Assembly (NCBI GenBank): GCA_016840795.1
Contig: JAEORS010000003.1
Span: 1-33,664, forward strand
Direction: 5' to 3'
Length of the DNA stretch: 33,664 nt
DNA from: Candidatus Thorarchaeota archaeon
Lineage (GTDB): Archaea > Asgardarchaeota > Thorarchaeia > Thorarchaeales > Thorarchaeaceae
In this document: positions 1-7,484 of the stretch, in pieces
How the letters are laid out: every line of letters begins with the position of its first letter
Numbering within the stretch: the stretch's first letter is position 1
Position numbers and translations under genes: made by a program
Notes under the pieces: generated by a model
What the model was told of the DNA's origin: nothing
Database searches by the model: none
The model's input: only the letters and a program-made list of their open reading frames with translations

Positions 1-411
1 TATCTGAACTGCCTCCTCAAGCCGCTCTAATCGTACTCTGGCAGTGGGAAAGTCATACCCATAAGCATCATATTCGAGTTCTTTCCAGCCTGCTCCTATT
101 CCGAATACTAATCTCCCATTGGTTATCACATCAGCTGTCGCTGCCATTTTAGCCATCAGCGATGGATGTCGAAATGAATTCGCAGACACTAGGGTGCCAA
201 GTCGAATCTTGGAGGTCTGAGATGCAAGTGCCCCAACTAACATCCAGGCCTCCATGCAATCTCTTTCTGCTGAGTTTTCATCAAGAAACAGATGGTCCCC
301 AATTGTCAGGAGATTGTAGCCTTTACGTTCAACATGAGCAACAATCTCTTGCACCTCTTCATAGCTGTATCCAAATTGTGGAGCAATATGAACTCCAAAA
401 CCAGGCTGCAT
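1..411 (-). CDS. LLM-class (luciferase-like) flavin-dependent oxidoreductase, probably F420-dependent; 3' end runs off the window
   Basis: Not in the ORF track. Manual translation from ATG 411: MQPGFGVHIAPQFG...TIGDHLF...MEAWMLVGALASQTSKIRLGTLVSANSFRHPSLMAKMAATADVITNGRLVFGIGAGWKELEYDAYGYDFP...RLERLEEAVQI, which carries the typical LLM motifs. Confidence 0.9.
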   Translation of the reverse strand, partial: MQPGFGVHIAPQFGYSYEEVQEIVAHVERKGYNLLTIGDHLFLDENSAERDCMEAWMLVGALASQTSKIRLGTLVSANSFRHPSLMAKMAATADVITNGRLVFGIGAGWKELEYDAYGYDFPTARVRLERLEEAVQI

Positions 412-520
412 AGCAGTTCAAAGAACCGTACACGAATGAGATTAAGAATAGTCTGCACAACGCAACGTTCCGGGATGTCCGTTTGCTATACAGACTGCCA
501 TCCAGGTGGATGCGTTCTCT

Positions 521-544
521 GTTCAAATCCCACTTGGCCCGCCA
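521..544 (+). mobile_element. tRNA 3'-end remnant (positions 53-76 including CCA), probable att site of an element integrated upstream
   Basis: GTTCAAATCCCACTTGGCCCGCCA parses as G53, T-loop TTCAAAT, 3' T-stem CCCAC, 3' acceptor strand TTGGCCC, discriminator G, CCA. No complementary 5' T-stem strand or 5' acceptor strand lies upstream. Confidence 0.7.
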
Positions 545-578
545 TTCAGTTCTGTTGAGCCTTCTGTGACAACTGTGA

Positions 579-596
579 TGCCGACAAATGTCGGTA
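579..596. promoter_or_regulatory. Palindromic operator TGCCGACAAATGTCGGTA, directly upstream of a BRE/TATA-like GAAAGGTTATG
   Basis: 16/18 identical to the perfect palindrome at 1701-1718; precedes the small ORF 640-855. Confidence 0.75.
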
Positions 597-639
597 GAAA
601 GGTTATGCCGTTTCCGGAGTCTTGATGATCGTGATAGAA

Positions 640-855
640 ATGGCATGCACTACAAAGCAACAAACAATACAGCCAATGGATGCACTTGAGCCCATCAGGT
701 GCGAGGAAACAAGCATCTCAGAGCGCACCAAAATCATAGACAATGAATCAAGAGCGCTTAGGAAGCATCTGGCACAGGAAGAGGCTCTCCGCCAATTCGA
801 GCATCGGAAATCGCTTGCGCTTGCAGAAGCTCATAGGATGTCGTTCAACCGGTAG
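640..855 (+). CDS. Small hypothetical protein (71 aa) with charged, helix-like C-terminal half
   Basis: ORF with operator, TATA-like box and GTGAT RBS-like element upstream of ATG 640. C-terminus RALRKHLAQEEALRQFEHRKSLALAEAHR looks like an amphipathic helix. Confidence 0.65.
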   Translation: MACTTKQQTIQPMDALEPIRCEETSISERTKIIDNESRALRKHLAQEEALRQFEHRKSLALAEAHRMSFNR

Positions 856-940
856 ACCATGACTTGGGACAAATCCTGGGAGTGGCGAACGGTTGAACCC
901 CATCCATACGCCAAGTCTTCGGGTGTCTGGAAAAGACGAA

Positions 941-1666
941 CTAGGCGGCCTCGCCTATAAGGCGCATCTCATCTTTCCTTTCTTGGGGAATCCGCCGGAA
1001 GAGCTGAATGTGTGGAATCAGTGCAGTAATAATCTTGTTCTCTGCCTTCTTCAAATGCTCCAAGAAGGTCGTTCTCGATACCTTCTCCTTAGATGCAATC
1101 GTCTGAAGATCAGACCCTCTCGGGAACCTGAAGTAGCCCTGTGCATAGGCAGTCAGGAGTGCATGCATTTGCTTCTCAGTCAGTCCTGAGAATAGTGCGT
1201 CTGTGGTGAGCGTCAGAGAACTTGCGATGTACCCATCAAATGGCTTCTTTCTAATTATCTCCACCTCGAAGCCATCCTTTCTCAGTTTCGTCAGAAGTTT
1301 CTTGACATTCTCATGTCTGAAGGAGATGAGTCTGAGGTGCTCCCAACCGTTTTCATATGCAATAGGCGGTATCAGCAGAAGACCAGGGTCGCCAAGATAG
1401 TTTTGCACGGTGCCTGGCCCTCCACACGAACACATCTGGGTGATGACATGGGTGTTAGCACCGTTGTGTATTTCGTCCACTATTTCAACTGCCTTTGACA
1501 TATCATTACGTATCTGGTCGTAGTCTTCTTGCTTCTGCATGATTAGCTCCATTATGTCGTGTTTGTCGTTGCACCATTGGTAGATCTTGACTGAAGGATT
1601 ATCTTTCGTGATTTCGCTGAGGGGATTATCATATCTTGCTCTAAAGACGACTTCGAAGAGTGGCAT
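941..1666 (-). CDS. HTH_10 (bacterio-opsin activator C-terminal-like) transcriptional regulator
   Basis: C-terminal LTEKQMHALLTAYAQGYFRFPRGSDLQTIASKEKVSRTTFLEHLKKAENKII is the classic HTH_10 signature. Start moved to ATG 1666 (MPLFEVVFR) because a TATA-like CATATATG overlaps the track's ATG at 1690. Confidence 0.9.
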   Translation of the reverse strand: MPLFEVVFRARYDNPLSEITKDNPSVKIYQWCNDKHDIMELIMQKQEDYDQIRNDMSKAVEIVDEIHNGANTHVITQMCSCGGPGTVQNYLGDPGLLLIPPIAYENGWEHLRLISFRHENVKKLLTKLRKDGFEVEIIRKKPFDGYIASSLTLTTDALFSGLTEKQMHALLTAYAQGYFRFPRGSDLQTIASKEKVSRTTFLEHLKKAENKIITALIPHIQLFRRIPQERKDEMRLIGEAA

Positions 1667-1700
1667 ACTCAGTTCAAGTGTGCTGGGCATATATGAACTC

Positions 1701-1718
1701 TACCGACATATGTCGGTA
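1701..1718. promoter_or_regulatory. Perfect 18-bp palindromic operator TACCGACATATGTCGGTA upstream of the HTH_10 gene
   Basis: Perfect inverted repeat; near-identical copy at 579-596. Confidence 0.8.
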
Positions 1719-1846
1719 CTACTCTCTCACTGCTTCCAATGCCATCTCTATCAGACTGCCCAGACCTCCTCTCGCTCACCAATCTCTGTCAATCTTCGAT
1801 TCCCTAGTCACTTCTGCGCTTGAAATCCTAGCTGACAGTGCAAGTA

Positions 1847-2818
1847 TCACTTGCCTTGATAACACCCTAGCGGAGCCAAGAATTCAGGATAGAAGGGCTG
1901 CAGGAATCTTCGCATCTCATAGCACACATGGCACTCATTCAGGTACTTCTCAATCTGAGCCAAGCCATGGTGTCTTGCTAGCTCAATCAGAGACGCTGGC
2001 CCACTCTCCTCTATGCGTGATATGATTGGGTGATTACGATAGTCGTATTCGGTGACAATGTCTGTCAATTTGGCCTCAGTGGCATTACCAATGCACAGAC
2101 CTGGGCATAGTGTGACATTGCCTTCAGAATCAATCTCTATCGTAGCTGGACTCTGCAACCCGCCCGGAATCCAGAAAGGCGGAACGCATCTACCTGATGG
2201 CAGTACCTCCTTCAGTTCCACCTGTTCTGTCAGAAAATCGACTGCTCGTCCCTCAAGATCCACGACATATGGTGAGAACTCCACATCATCTATATCTCCC
2301 AAGTAATCGATGGCCTCTCGGGTAGCATTGTTATGCGGATTCTCAGTTTCTATCCCACCTATGAAGTAGCTGTCCACCCATACGTTGTCGAACCCCATGG
2401 AACTTGCAGAGATTACTCCGTTGCGTACCTTCTCCAAAGAGATGAACTCCTGATGAAATGCATCAAGACTGAATGTAATCTGAGTGAGCCCCTCTTTCTT
2501 GAGTAAGCCGAGTTTCTTGTCTGCTTCATCAGTGTCCTTTGCCCAGAACCCGTTAGTGATGACTCCGATTTGAGCTAACTCCAGGATGCGTGCGTATGCG
2601 ACCACCTCTCTAAGGAGTCGGAAGTTGATGAACGGTTCGCCTCCATGAACGGTGAGCGTTTCCAGATAACCTAGGTCTGCAAGTTCTTGCAGCCATTGCT
2701 TGGCTCGCTCAGAATCCATCATCTCTGTACGTGTCGGTCCGCCACGATAGGCACAGTGTCTGCATTCTGAGGTACACTTGAAAGTCAGCAACAGATCGAC
2801 ATTTCTAATCCTCGTCAA
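1847..2818 (-). CDS. Radical SAM protein with C-terminal Cys-rich (SPASM/twitch-like) extension
   Basis: CTSECRHC (CxxxCxxC), GGEPF, ITNGFW, FSLDAFH; further Cys in LCPGLC and ECHVC; TTG start. Confidence 0.9.
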   Translation of the reverse strand: MTRIRNVDLLLTFKCTSECRHCAYRGGPTRTEMMDSERAKQWLQELADLGYLETLTVHGGEPFINFRLLREVVAYARILELAQIGVITNGFWAKDTDEADKKLGLLKKEGLTQITFSLDAFHQEFISLEKVRNGVISASSMGFDNVWVDSYFIGGIETENPHNNATREAIDYLGDIDDVEFSPYVVDLEGRAVDFLTEQVELKEVLPSGRCVPPFWIPGGLQSPATIEIDSEGNVTLCPGLCIGNATEAKLTDIVTEYDYRNHPIISRIEESGPASLIELARHHGLAQIEKYLNECHVCYEMRRFLQPFYPEFLAPLGCYQGK

Positions 2819-3047
2819 CTCAACAGTCCCATGACGTTGTACATCCGTGACGATTTATCCTTTCAGTTCCAGTTCAAACACTGTCCAGTCACCGACCCTT
2901 CTGTTTTGAATGCGTCCTGACTGATCTAATACCAACCAATGTCGTTGATGTGGCCCTGTCTTTTTTCTCCCTTGCACTACAAGCCCTGAATTGCTGACTG
3001 GATTACCAGAACATCTGCAGTCTTGTCAATAGAGCCATTTGAGTCAA

Positions 3048-3794
3048 CTATGATTTTCTGAATACATAGATGGCCCAGTTCAACGTGTCCCGGCCCCAAC
3101 GCAAGTAGATTTCCCTCGTCTTCATAGATCTCTCAAGAAGCTCTTGGTTATCTGGGTCATCAGGGTGAGATTGAATGTAATCATTGACTGCCCACCACTG
3201 AAGAGTTTCATAATGATCCCAATCATCTTGGCTCGAAACAATCGTATAGAGGCTGGTCAGACCCTCTTCCTCTCCCAACAGTACGTTCTCTTCATGCGAC
3301 CTATAATCATCCTCAGTCATTTGAGTGGCCTCAAGGTACTCATTATCCGGCTCCTTTAACCAAAACGGCTCACCTACAACAACGAAGCCACCGGGCTTGG
3401 TCATTCCTTTGAGAGCTTTGAGCGTACCACGATGGTCTTTGAAGACCCAGCTAGCTCCCAAGCACATCGACAAGTCAAATGCCTCTGGAACATCTGGTTC
3501 GTACTTCGCACCATCCATTTCTAAGAATACTAAATCCGCCTCAGGCACTCTCTCACGGTGTTTCTCCTTACAGTCAATGATGCAAAAGGGCGAGATGTCA
3601 ACACCGACTCCAGATGCGGAGTAGATCTCGGCTAGTCTCACTAGGTATTCACCTTTCCCACACGCAATGTCAAGTACACGAGCACCTTGTGGGAGCCTGA
3701 GAAGGCTACAGAAACGCTCCAACTTCTCTTGGCTCATTGGGTTACATAACAGATGTCGCTTGTGTGTAATGTCGAAGTACTTCCACCTGTCCAT
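3048..3794 (-). CDS. Class I SAM-dependent methyltransferase (YjhP-like)
   Basis: VLDIACGKGE motif I, GVGVDIS, CLGASW, KPGGFVVVGEPFW. Confidence 0.9.
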   Translation of the reverse strand: MDRWKYFDITHKRHLLCNPMSQEKLERFCSLLRLPQGARVLDIACGKGEYLVRLAEIYSASGVGVDISPFCIIDCKEKHRERVPEADLVFLEMDGAKYEPDVPEAFDLSMCLGASWVFKDHRGTLKALKGMTKPGGFVVVGEPFWLKEPDNEYLEATQMTEDDYRSHEENVLLGEEEGLTSLYTIVSSQDDWDHYETLQWWAVNDYIQSHPDDPDNQELLERSMKTREIYLRWGRDTLNWAIYVFRKS

Positions 3795-3823
3795 TTACAG
3801 TCACTAAACTAATGGTGTTTCCA

Positions 3824-4267
3824 TCAGTCAGATAAGTCCTGTTTCTGAGCCAAACGACACTTGGAACAAAGTCCGTAGACCTCTAGACTCTGTCCCGTCA
3901 CTTGAAACTCAGTACTGTCCTCGATGGCAGTCGCGAGTGTGACCAGCCCCTCGAAGTGGAAGTCCTCAACATTACCACAATTGTTACAGACCAAGTTGAC
4001 GTGACTGTCAACTACAGGATCGTAGCGGGTGGAACCATCTCTGAATGCCATCTCCCTAGTGAGTCCCAAATCAGTGAACAGTCTGAGCGCCTTGTAGACA
4101 GTTGCTAGGCTTATAGTGGGGTCTCTGTCCGTTGCGGACTTGTGAATCTCGGCGACTGTCGGATGGTTGCCCGCGCTCCACACAGCATCGTATATTGCAA
4201 GTCTTTGCGGTGTCGCCCTATAGCCTCTTTTTCTGAGAACCTCAACTATTTCGGCCATCGAGTTCAT
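3824..4267 (-). CDS. Fur-family regulator, PerR-like
   Basis: GYRATPQRLAI, HPTVAEIH, ISLATVYKAL, RYD...SHVNLVCNNCGNVEDF, YGLCSKC. The track's N-terminal extension runs through the AT-rich promoter, so the start is set at ATG 4267 (or 4258). Confidence 0.92.
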   Translation of the reverse strand: MNSMAEIVEVLRKRGYRATPQRLAIYDAVWSAGNHPTVAEIHKSATDRDPTISLATVYKALRLFTDLGLTREMAFRDGSTRYDPVVDSHVNLVCNNCGNVEDFHFEGLVTLATAIEDSTEFQVTGQSLEVYGLCSKCRLAQKQDLSD

Positions 4268-4295
4268 CTCTTGGTGCCTAACAGGTTTCAGATTG

Positions 4296-4361
4296 TAATA
4301 AACGTTATCATTTACATTTTTATACTTATAGAACACAAAACTTAAGTAATAATCATTATCC
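4296..4361. promoter_or_regulatory. Two Fur/Per-box-like 7-1-7 inverted repeats in the divergent promoter (4296-4310 and 4347-4361)
   Basis: TAATAAA-C-GTTATCA (11/14) and TAATAAT-C-ATTATCC (12/14) versus TGATAAT-N-ATTATCA; the second overlaps a TATA-like AAAACTTAAGTA. Confidence 0.7.
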
Positions 4362-4393
4362 ACTAGACCATTCATTCCGAGGAGTCTAACCAA

Positions 4394-5041
4394 ATGGAAG
4401 TAAAAGAAGAGAGAAGAATGCTCCTGATCGGAGAGGAAGCACCAGACTTTGAGGCTGTGACAACAGACGGCGCAATCAAATTCAGCGAATGGGCTAAGGA
4501 CAGCTGGGTCATTCTATTCAGCCATCCCGCCGACTTCACGCCGGTCTGCACCACTGAGTTTATCGGTTTCACAGAGATATACCCGGAACTAGAGAAGCGC
4601 GGCGTAAAGCTGATGGGCCTTAGCATTGACAGCATCTATTCCCACATCTCTTGGATAAGCACGATAAAAGAGAAGTTCGGAGTGGAGATCCCCTTCCCCA
4701 TAATCGAGGACTTGAGCATGAGCGTTGCTGAGAAGTACGGCATGATTCACCCCGCTCAGAGCGGCACTGCCGCAGTAAGAGCCGTATTCTTCATCGATCC
4801 AGAGTTCAAGCTTAGAGCACTAATCTACTATCCCCTGAGCAATGGACGCAATATGGCCGAGATTCTACGTGTCATTGATGCGTTTCAGACCTCTGACAAG
4901 CACAAGGTCGCCACTCCAGCCAACTGGAATCCTGGTGACAAAGTGATAGTCCCACCTCCAAAGACCAAGGCAGACGCAGAGAAGCGCCTCAAGGAAGGCT
5001 ATGACTGCACTGATTGGTGGTTCTGTAAGAAGGAACTATAG
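4394..5041 (+). CDS. Peroxiredoxin (Prx6/archaeal type)
   Basis: FSHPADFTPVCTTE peroxidatic motif, GRNMAEILR, TPANW, C-terminal CTDWWFC; GAGGAG RBS. Confidence 0.96.
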   Translation: MEVKEERRMLLIGEEAPDFEAVTTDGAIKFSEWAKDSWVILFSHPADFTPVCTTEFIGFTEIYPELEKRGVKLMGLSIDSIYSHISWISTIKEKFGVEIPFPIIEDLSMSVAEKYGMIHPAQSGTAAVRAVFFIDPEFKLRALIYYPLSNGRNMAEILRVIDAFQTSDKHKVATPANWNPGDKVIVPPPKTKADAEKRLKEGYDCTDWWFCKKEL

Positions 5042-5050
5042 ATTACCTTT

Positions 5051-5070
5051 GCGGGGTTTCGATGCCCCGC
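5051..5070. terminator. GC-rich hairpin between convergent peroxiredoxin and nfi genes
   Basis: GCGGGG-tttcgatg-CCCCGC followed by pyrimidine-rich gttccctttctt. Confidence 0.5.
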
Positions 5071-5082
5071 GTTCCCTTTCTT

Positions 5083-5742
5083 CTACGACAGATTCTGTGT
5101 CGTTTCCTTTGAAATGCTATGGGCCCTTCGAAGAGGCTCCGGATATCCGTCAATCGATGCCTGCTCCACGACCGTCACTGCAGTATCTAGGCCGATTCTG
5201 TGTCCTATGGAAACATAGACCGGTTTCTTTCTCTTACTCAACCATAGAGCCATTCCGATACAATTGTGATCATCAAGAATCCTAGCCGCATTTCCCTGTC
5301 GCGGCTGCATCTCACCTAGGAGCAGTTTCTTCGCTACACCTATCGTCTGCAGGTCCAGATGGACACCTAGTTGTGACGCCAAACCGAGGCGTCTGGGATG
5401 CAGAATACCATTGCCATCGACAAGTACTGGTCCTGTTTCATCCAAGTCCCTGAGGAGCTCGACCAGTACAGGACCCTCACGGAGAAAGAAGTAGCCTGGA
5501 ATATACGGAGTGGTACACTCAACCGTTCTCTGTTCAGTCTGGATAGTTTCTCTGCTCTCCAGATCCATTACGACTGCACAACCTACTGCAACATTTCCTG
5601 TATAGGACACGTCGACCCCGGTCACAATAGAGCTGCTAAACGGTGGGATGTCTTCCGTGATCACTCGTTCTGCGAGTCGCATCTGTTCGACTCTCAACTG
5701 AGCTACCAGCTCATTCACTGTAGTCATCCCAGGATGCTCCAC
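5083..5742 (-). CDS. nfi: Endonuclease V (deoxyinosine 3'-endonuclease)
   Basis: GVDVSY, PYIPG wedge, FLREG, LVDGNGILHPRRLGLAS, TIGVAK, PVYVSIGH, PEPLRRAH. Confidence 0.95.
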   Translation of the reverse strand: MEHPGMTTVNELVAQLRVEQMRLAERVITEDIPPFSSSIVTGVDVSYTGNVAVGCAVVMDLESRETIQTEQRTVECTTPYIPGYFFLREGPVLVELLRDLDETGPVLVDGNGILHPRRLGLASQLGVHLDLQTIGVAKKLLLGEMQPRQGNAARILDDHNCIGMALWLSKRKKPVYVSIGHRIGLDTAVTVVEQASIDGYPEPLRRAHSISKETTQNLS

Positions 5743-5825
5743 TTCTCATCAGACTGTTTCTCGACACACTTTTAGGTATGCCAGTTGAGCTTCCATGACA
5801 CTGTTCATCTGGGAGGAAATGAATT

Positions 5826-6632
5826 ATGGTATTCAATCCTTTACCTGGTTTAGAGTGGGCTTGGGATATTGTCGCATTCATTATCTCGTTCATCTTGATT
5901 CTAATGCTAGTCCAGATTAATGCTGCAATCGAGAAGAGTGGCAAGCTATCGACGGTAGTGACAAGGAAGGTTATCCACACCTTCGCAGCCCCTGTATGGG
6001 CGGTGTCATGGTTGCTCTTCTCAGGAGGAGTGTTCAGTCGTTGGCTAGCGATGGTTGTTCCTCTTCTCTTCGTAATCCAGTTTATCGCAATCGGAACTGG
6101 GAAGATGCAGAATGAGAACTTCGTGCGATCCATGTCTAGAAGTGGGGATCCTAGAGAGCTTCTTGGAGGTACATTATACTATGCCTTCATGATGGTTGTT
6201 ATCGGGATTCTCTGGTTCTATGTCCCACCTGACGGCAACTTGGCTAACGCCACTCCGCTAGCAATGGTTGTCTTTGGATGTCTAGCTGGTGGTGACGGGT
6301 TCGCTGATGTCATAGGACGCAAGTATGGTGGTGACAGGAAGTTCGGGATTGGCGGCGCTGAGAAGACACTTGCAGGCGTTGTTGGAATGTTCATCGGATC
6401 ATTCCTGTTCAGCTTTGTCCTAGTGTTCCTATTCTCCATTGAGGTGGCAGCCTTTAGTGTAGTAGACCTGATTCTACCAATCGTAGTTGTGAGTCTTGTT
6501 GCCACGATTGTGGAGGCAATAACACCAAAGGGCCTTGATAATCTGACCATCTCCATTGCAGCGATTGTGATGGTGCTACTGCTACCTTATCTCGGACTCT
6601 TCTGGCCGTTTCCGATGTTCAGCCTGTTCTAG
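5826..6632 (+). CDS. CTP-dependent polyprenol kinase, farnesol/phytol kinase (FOLK/VTE5)-like membrane protein
   Basis: Multiple hydrophobic helices; RKVIH, VRSMSRSGDPRELLGGTLYY, GDGFADVIGRKYG, KTLAG, DNLTI motifs of the dolichol/phytol kinase family. Confidence 0.88.
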   Translation: MVFNPLPGLEWAWDIVAFIISFILILMLVQINAAIEKSGKLSTVVTRKVIHTFAAPVWAVSWLLFSGGVFSRWLAMVVPLLFVIQFIAIGTGKMQNENFVRSMSRSGDPRELLGGTLYYAFMMVVIGILWFYVPPDGNLANATPLAMVVFGCLAGGDGFADVIGRKYGGDRKFGIGGAEKTLAGVVGMFIGSFLFSFVLVFLFSIEVAAFSVVDLILPIVVVSLVATIVEAITPKGLDNLTISIAAIVMVLLLPYLGLFWPFPMFSLF

Positions 6633-6649
6633 ATGTCGTGGTGTGCTGA

Positions 6650-7468
6650 ATGGCCCAAGACCTGACAGTCATCAAGCTTGGCGGTTCACTACTGACTGAC
6701 AAGACTAGACCTTACACCTACAGGAAAGGCGTTCTGAAGTCGGTTGCCCGAGAGATTGGAGAGTGCCTTGATGAGGGTCTAATCCAGTCCTTGGTCTTGA
6801 TGCATGGTGTTGGTTCTTTTGGCCATCCACCAGTCCTTGAGCACAATCTACACAAGGGCTTCTTGGGACCTGAACAGCTCCTGCCTCTGTCAAGAACGCA
6901 GGAGAGTGTAGCTGAGCTCCGTCACATCATTGTGAAAGAACTCCAGAACGCTGGAATCCCTGTGTGCCTGATGTATCCATCGTCAATGGTGACCTCTGAG
7001 AAGATGAGGATGACCAACTACTTCCTAGAGCCATTGAAGGGCTTCACTTCAGTCGGGATGGTCCCTCTATTGGGGGGCGATATCCTAATTGACTCGGTTA
7101 TGGGCTGGAGTGTTGGCAGTGGAGATCAGTTGGCCGTCATCATCTGCAAAGAGCTGGATGCCAAGCGTCTGATTCTCGCGTCCGATGTCTCTGGAATCTA
7201 TGAGGACGACCCAAAGCTGAAGCCGGATGCTGCACCAATTGACGTCGTGAATCTGAGCAATCTCGAAGCGACTCTAGAGCGAATGGGCAAGTCGGGAATG
7301 GAGGACGCAAGTGGGGCAATGAAGGGCAAACTCCAGTCATTGATTCCTGCTAAGCCTCTGATTGAGAAGGGGCTGGAAGTCGGGCTTCTCTCAATGATGG
7401 AATATGGCAACCTAAAGTCGTTCCTAAGGGAGGAGCCGGTCCAAGCCACACGTGTTGTTGTGAAATAG
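6650..7468 (+). CDS. ipk: Isopentenyl phosphate kinase-like (amino-acid kinase family)
   Basis: IKLGGSLLTDK, HGVGSFGH (IPK signature His), SGDQL, ASDVSGIY, DASGAMKGK. Confidence 0.85.
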   Translation: MAQDLTVIKLGGSLLTDKTRPYTYRKGVLKSVAREIGECLDEGLIQSLVLMHGVGSFGHPPVLEHNLHKGFLGPEQLLPLSRTQESVAELRHIIVKELQNAGIPVCLMYPSSMVTSEKMRMTNYFLEPLKGFTSVGMVPLLGGDILIDSVMGWSVGSGDQLAVIICKELDAKRLILASDVSGIYEDDPKLKPDAAPIDVVNLSNLEATLERMGKSGMEDASGAMKGKLQSLIPAKPLIEKGLEVGLLSMMEYGNLKSFLREEPVQATRVVVK

Positions 7469-7484
7469 AGGAACTTCTGGGACT

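Noticed and set aside
440-544. Intact, intron-containing or split tRNA gene ending at 544
   Set aside because: No GGGCC-type 5' acceptor strand, D-arm, anticodon arm or 5' T-stem strand upstream; only the 3' 24 nt fit.
162-646. Track ORFs 162-413, 292-558 and 359-646
   Set aside because: Shadows or alternative frames over the real LLM gene (1-411, minus) and the regulatory region; no protein-like motifs.
856-940. SECIS-like ATGA...AAA hairpin after the small ORF (GACTTGG/CCAAGTC stem)
   Set aside because: Stem geometry does not fit a SECIS, and I found no in-frame TGA at a catalytic Cys position in nearby genes; the peroxiredoxin and TlpA both use Cys.
4268-4393. N-terminal extensions in the ORF track (Fur here; likewise GT4, NTase, DUF371, pcm, nadM, proS, ferredoxin)
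   Set aside because: They run through promoters or overlap divergent genes; family motifs and RBS positions support later starts.
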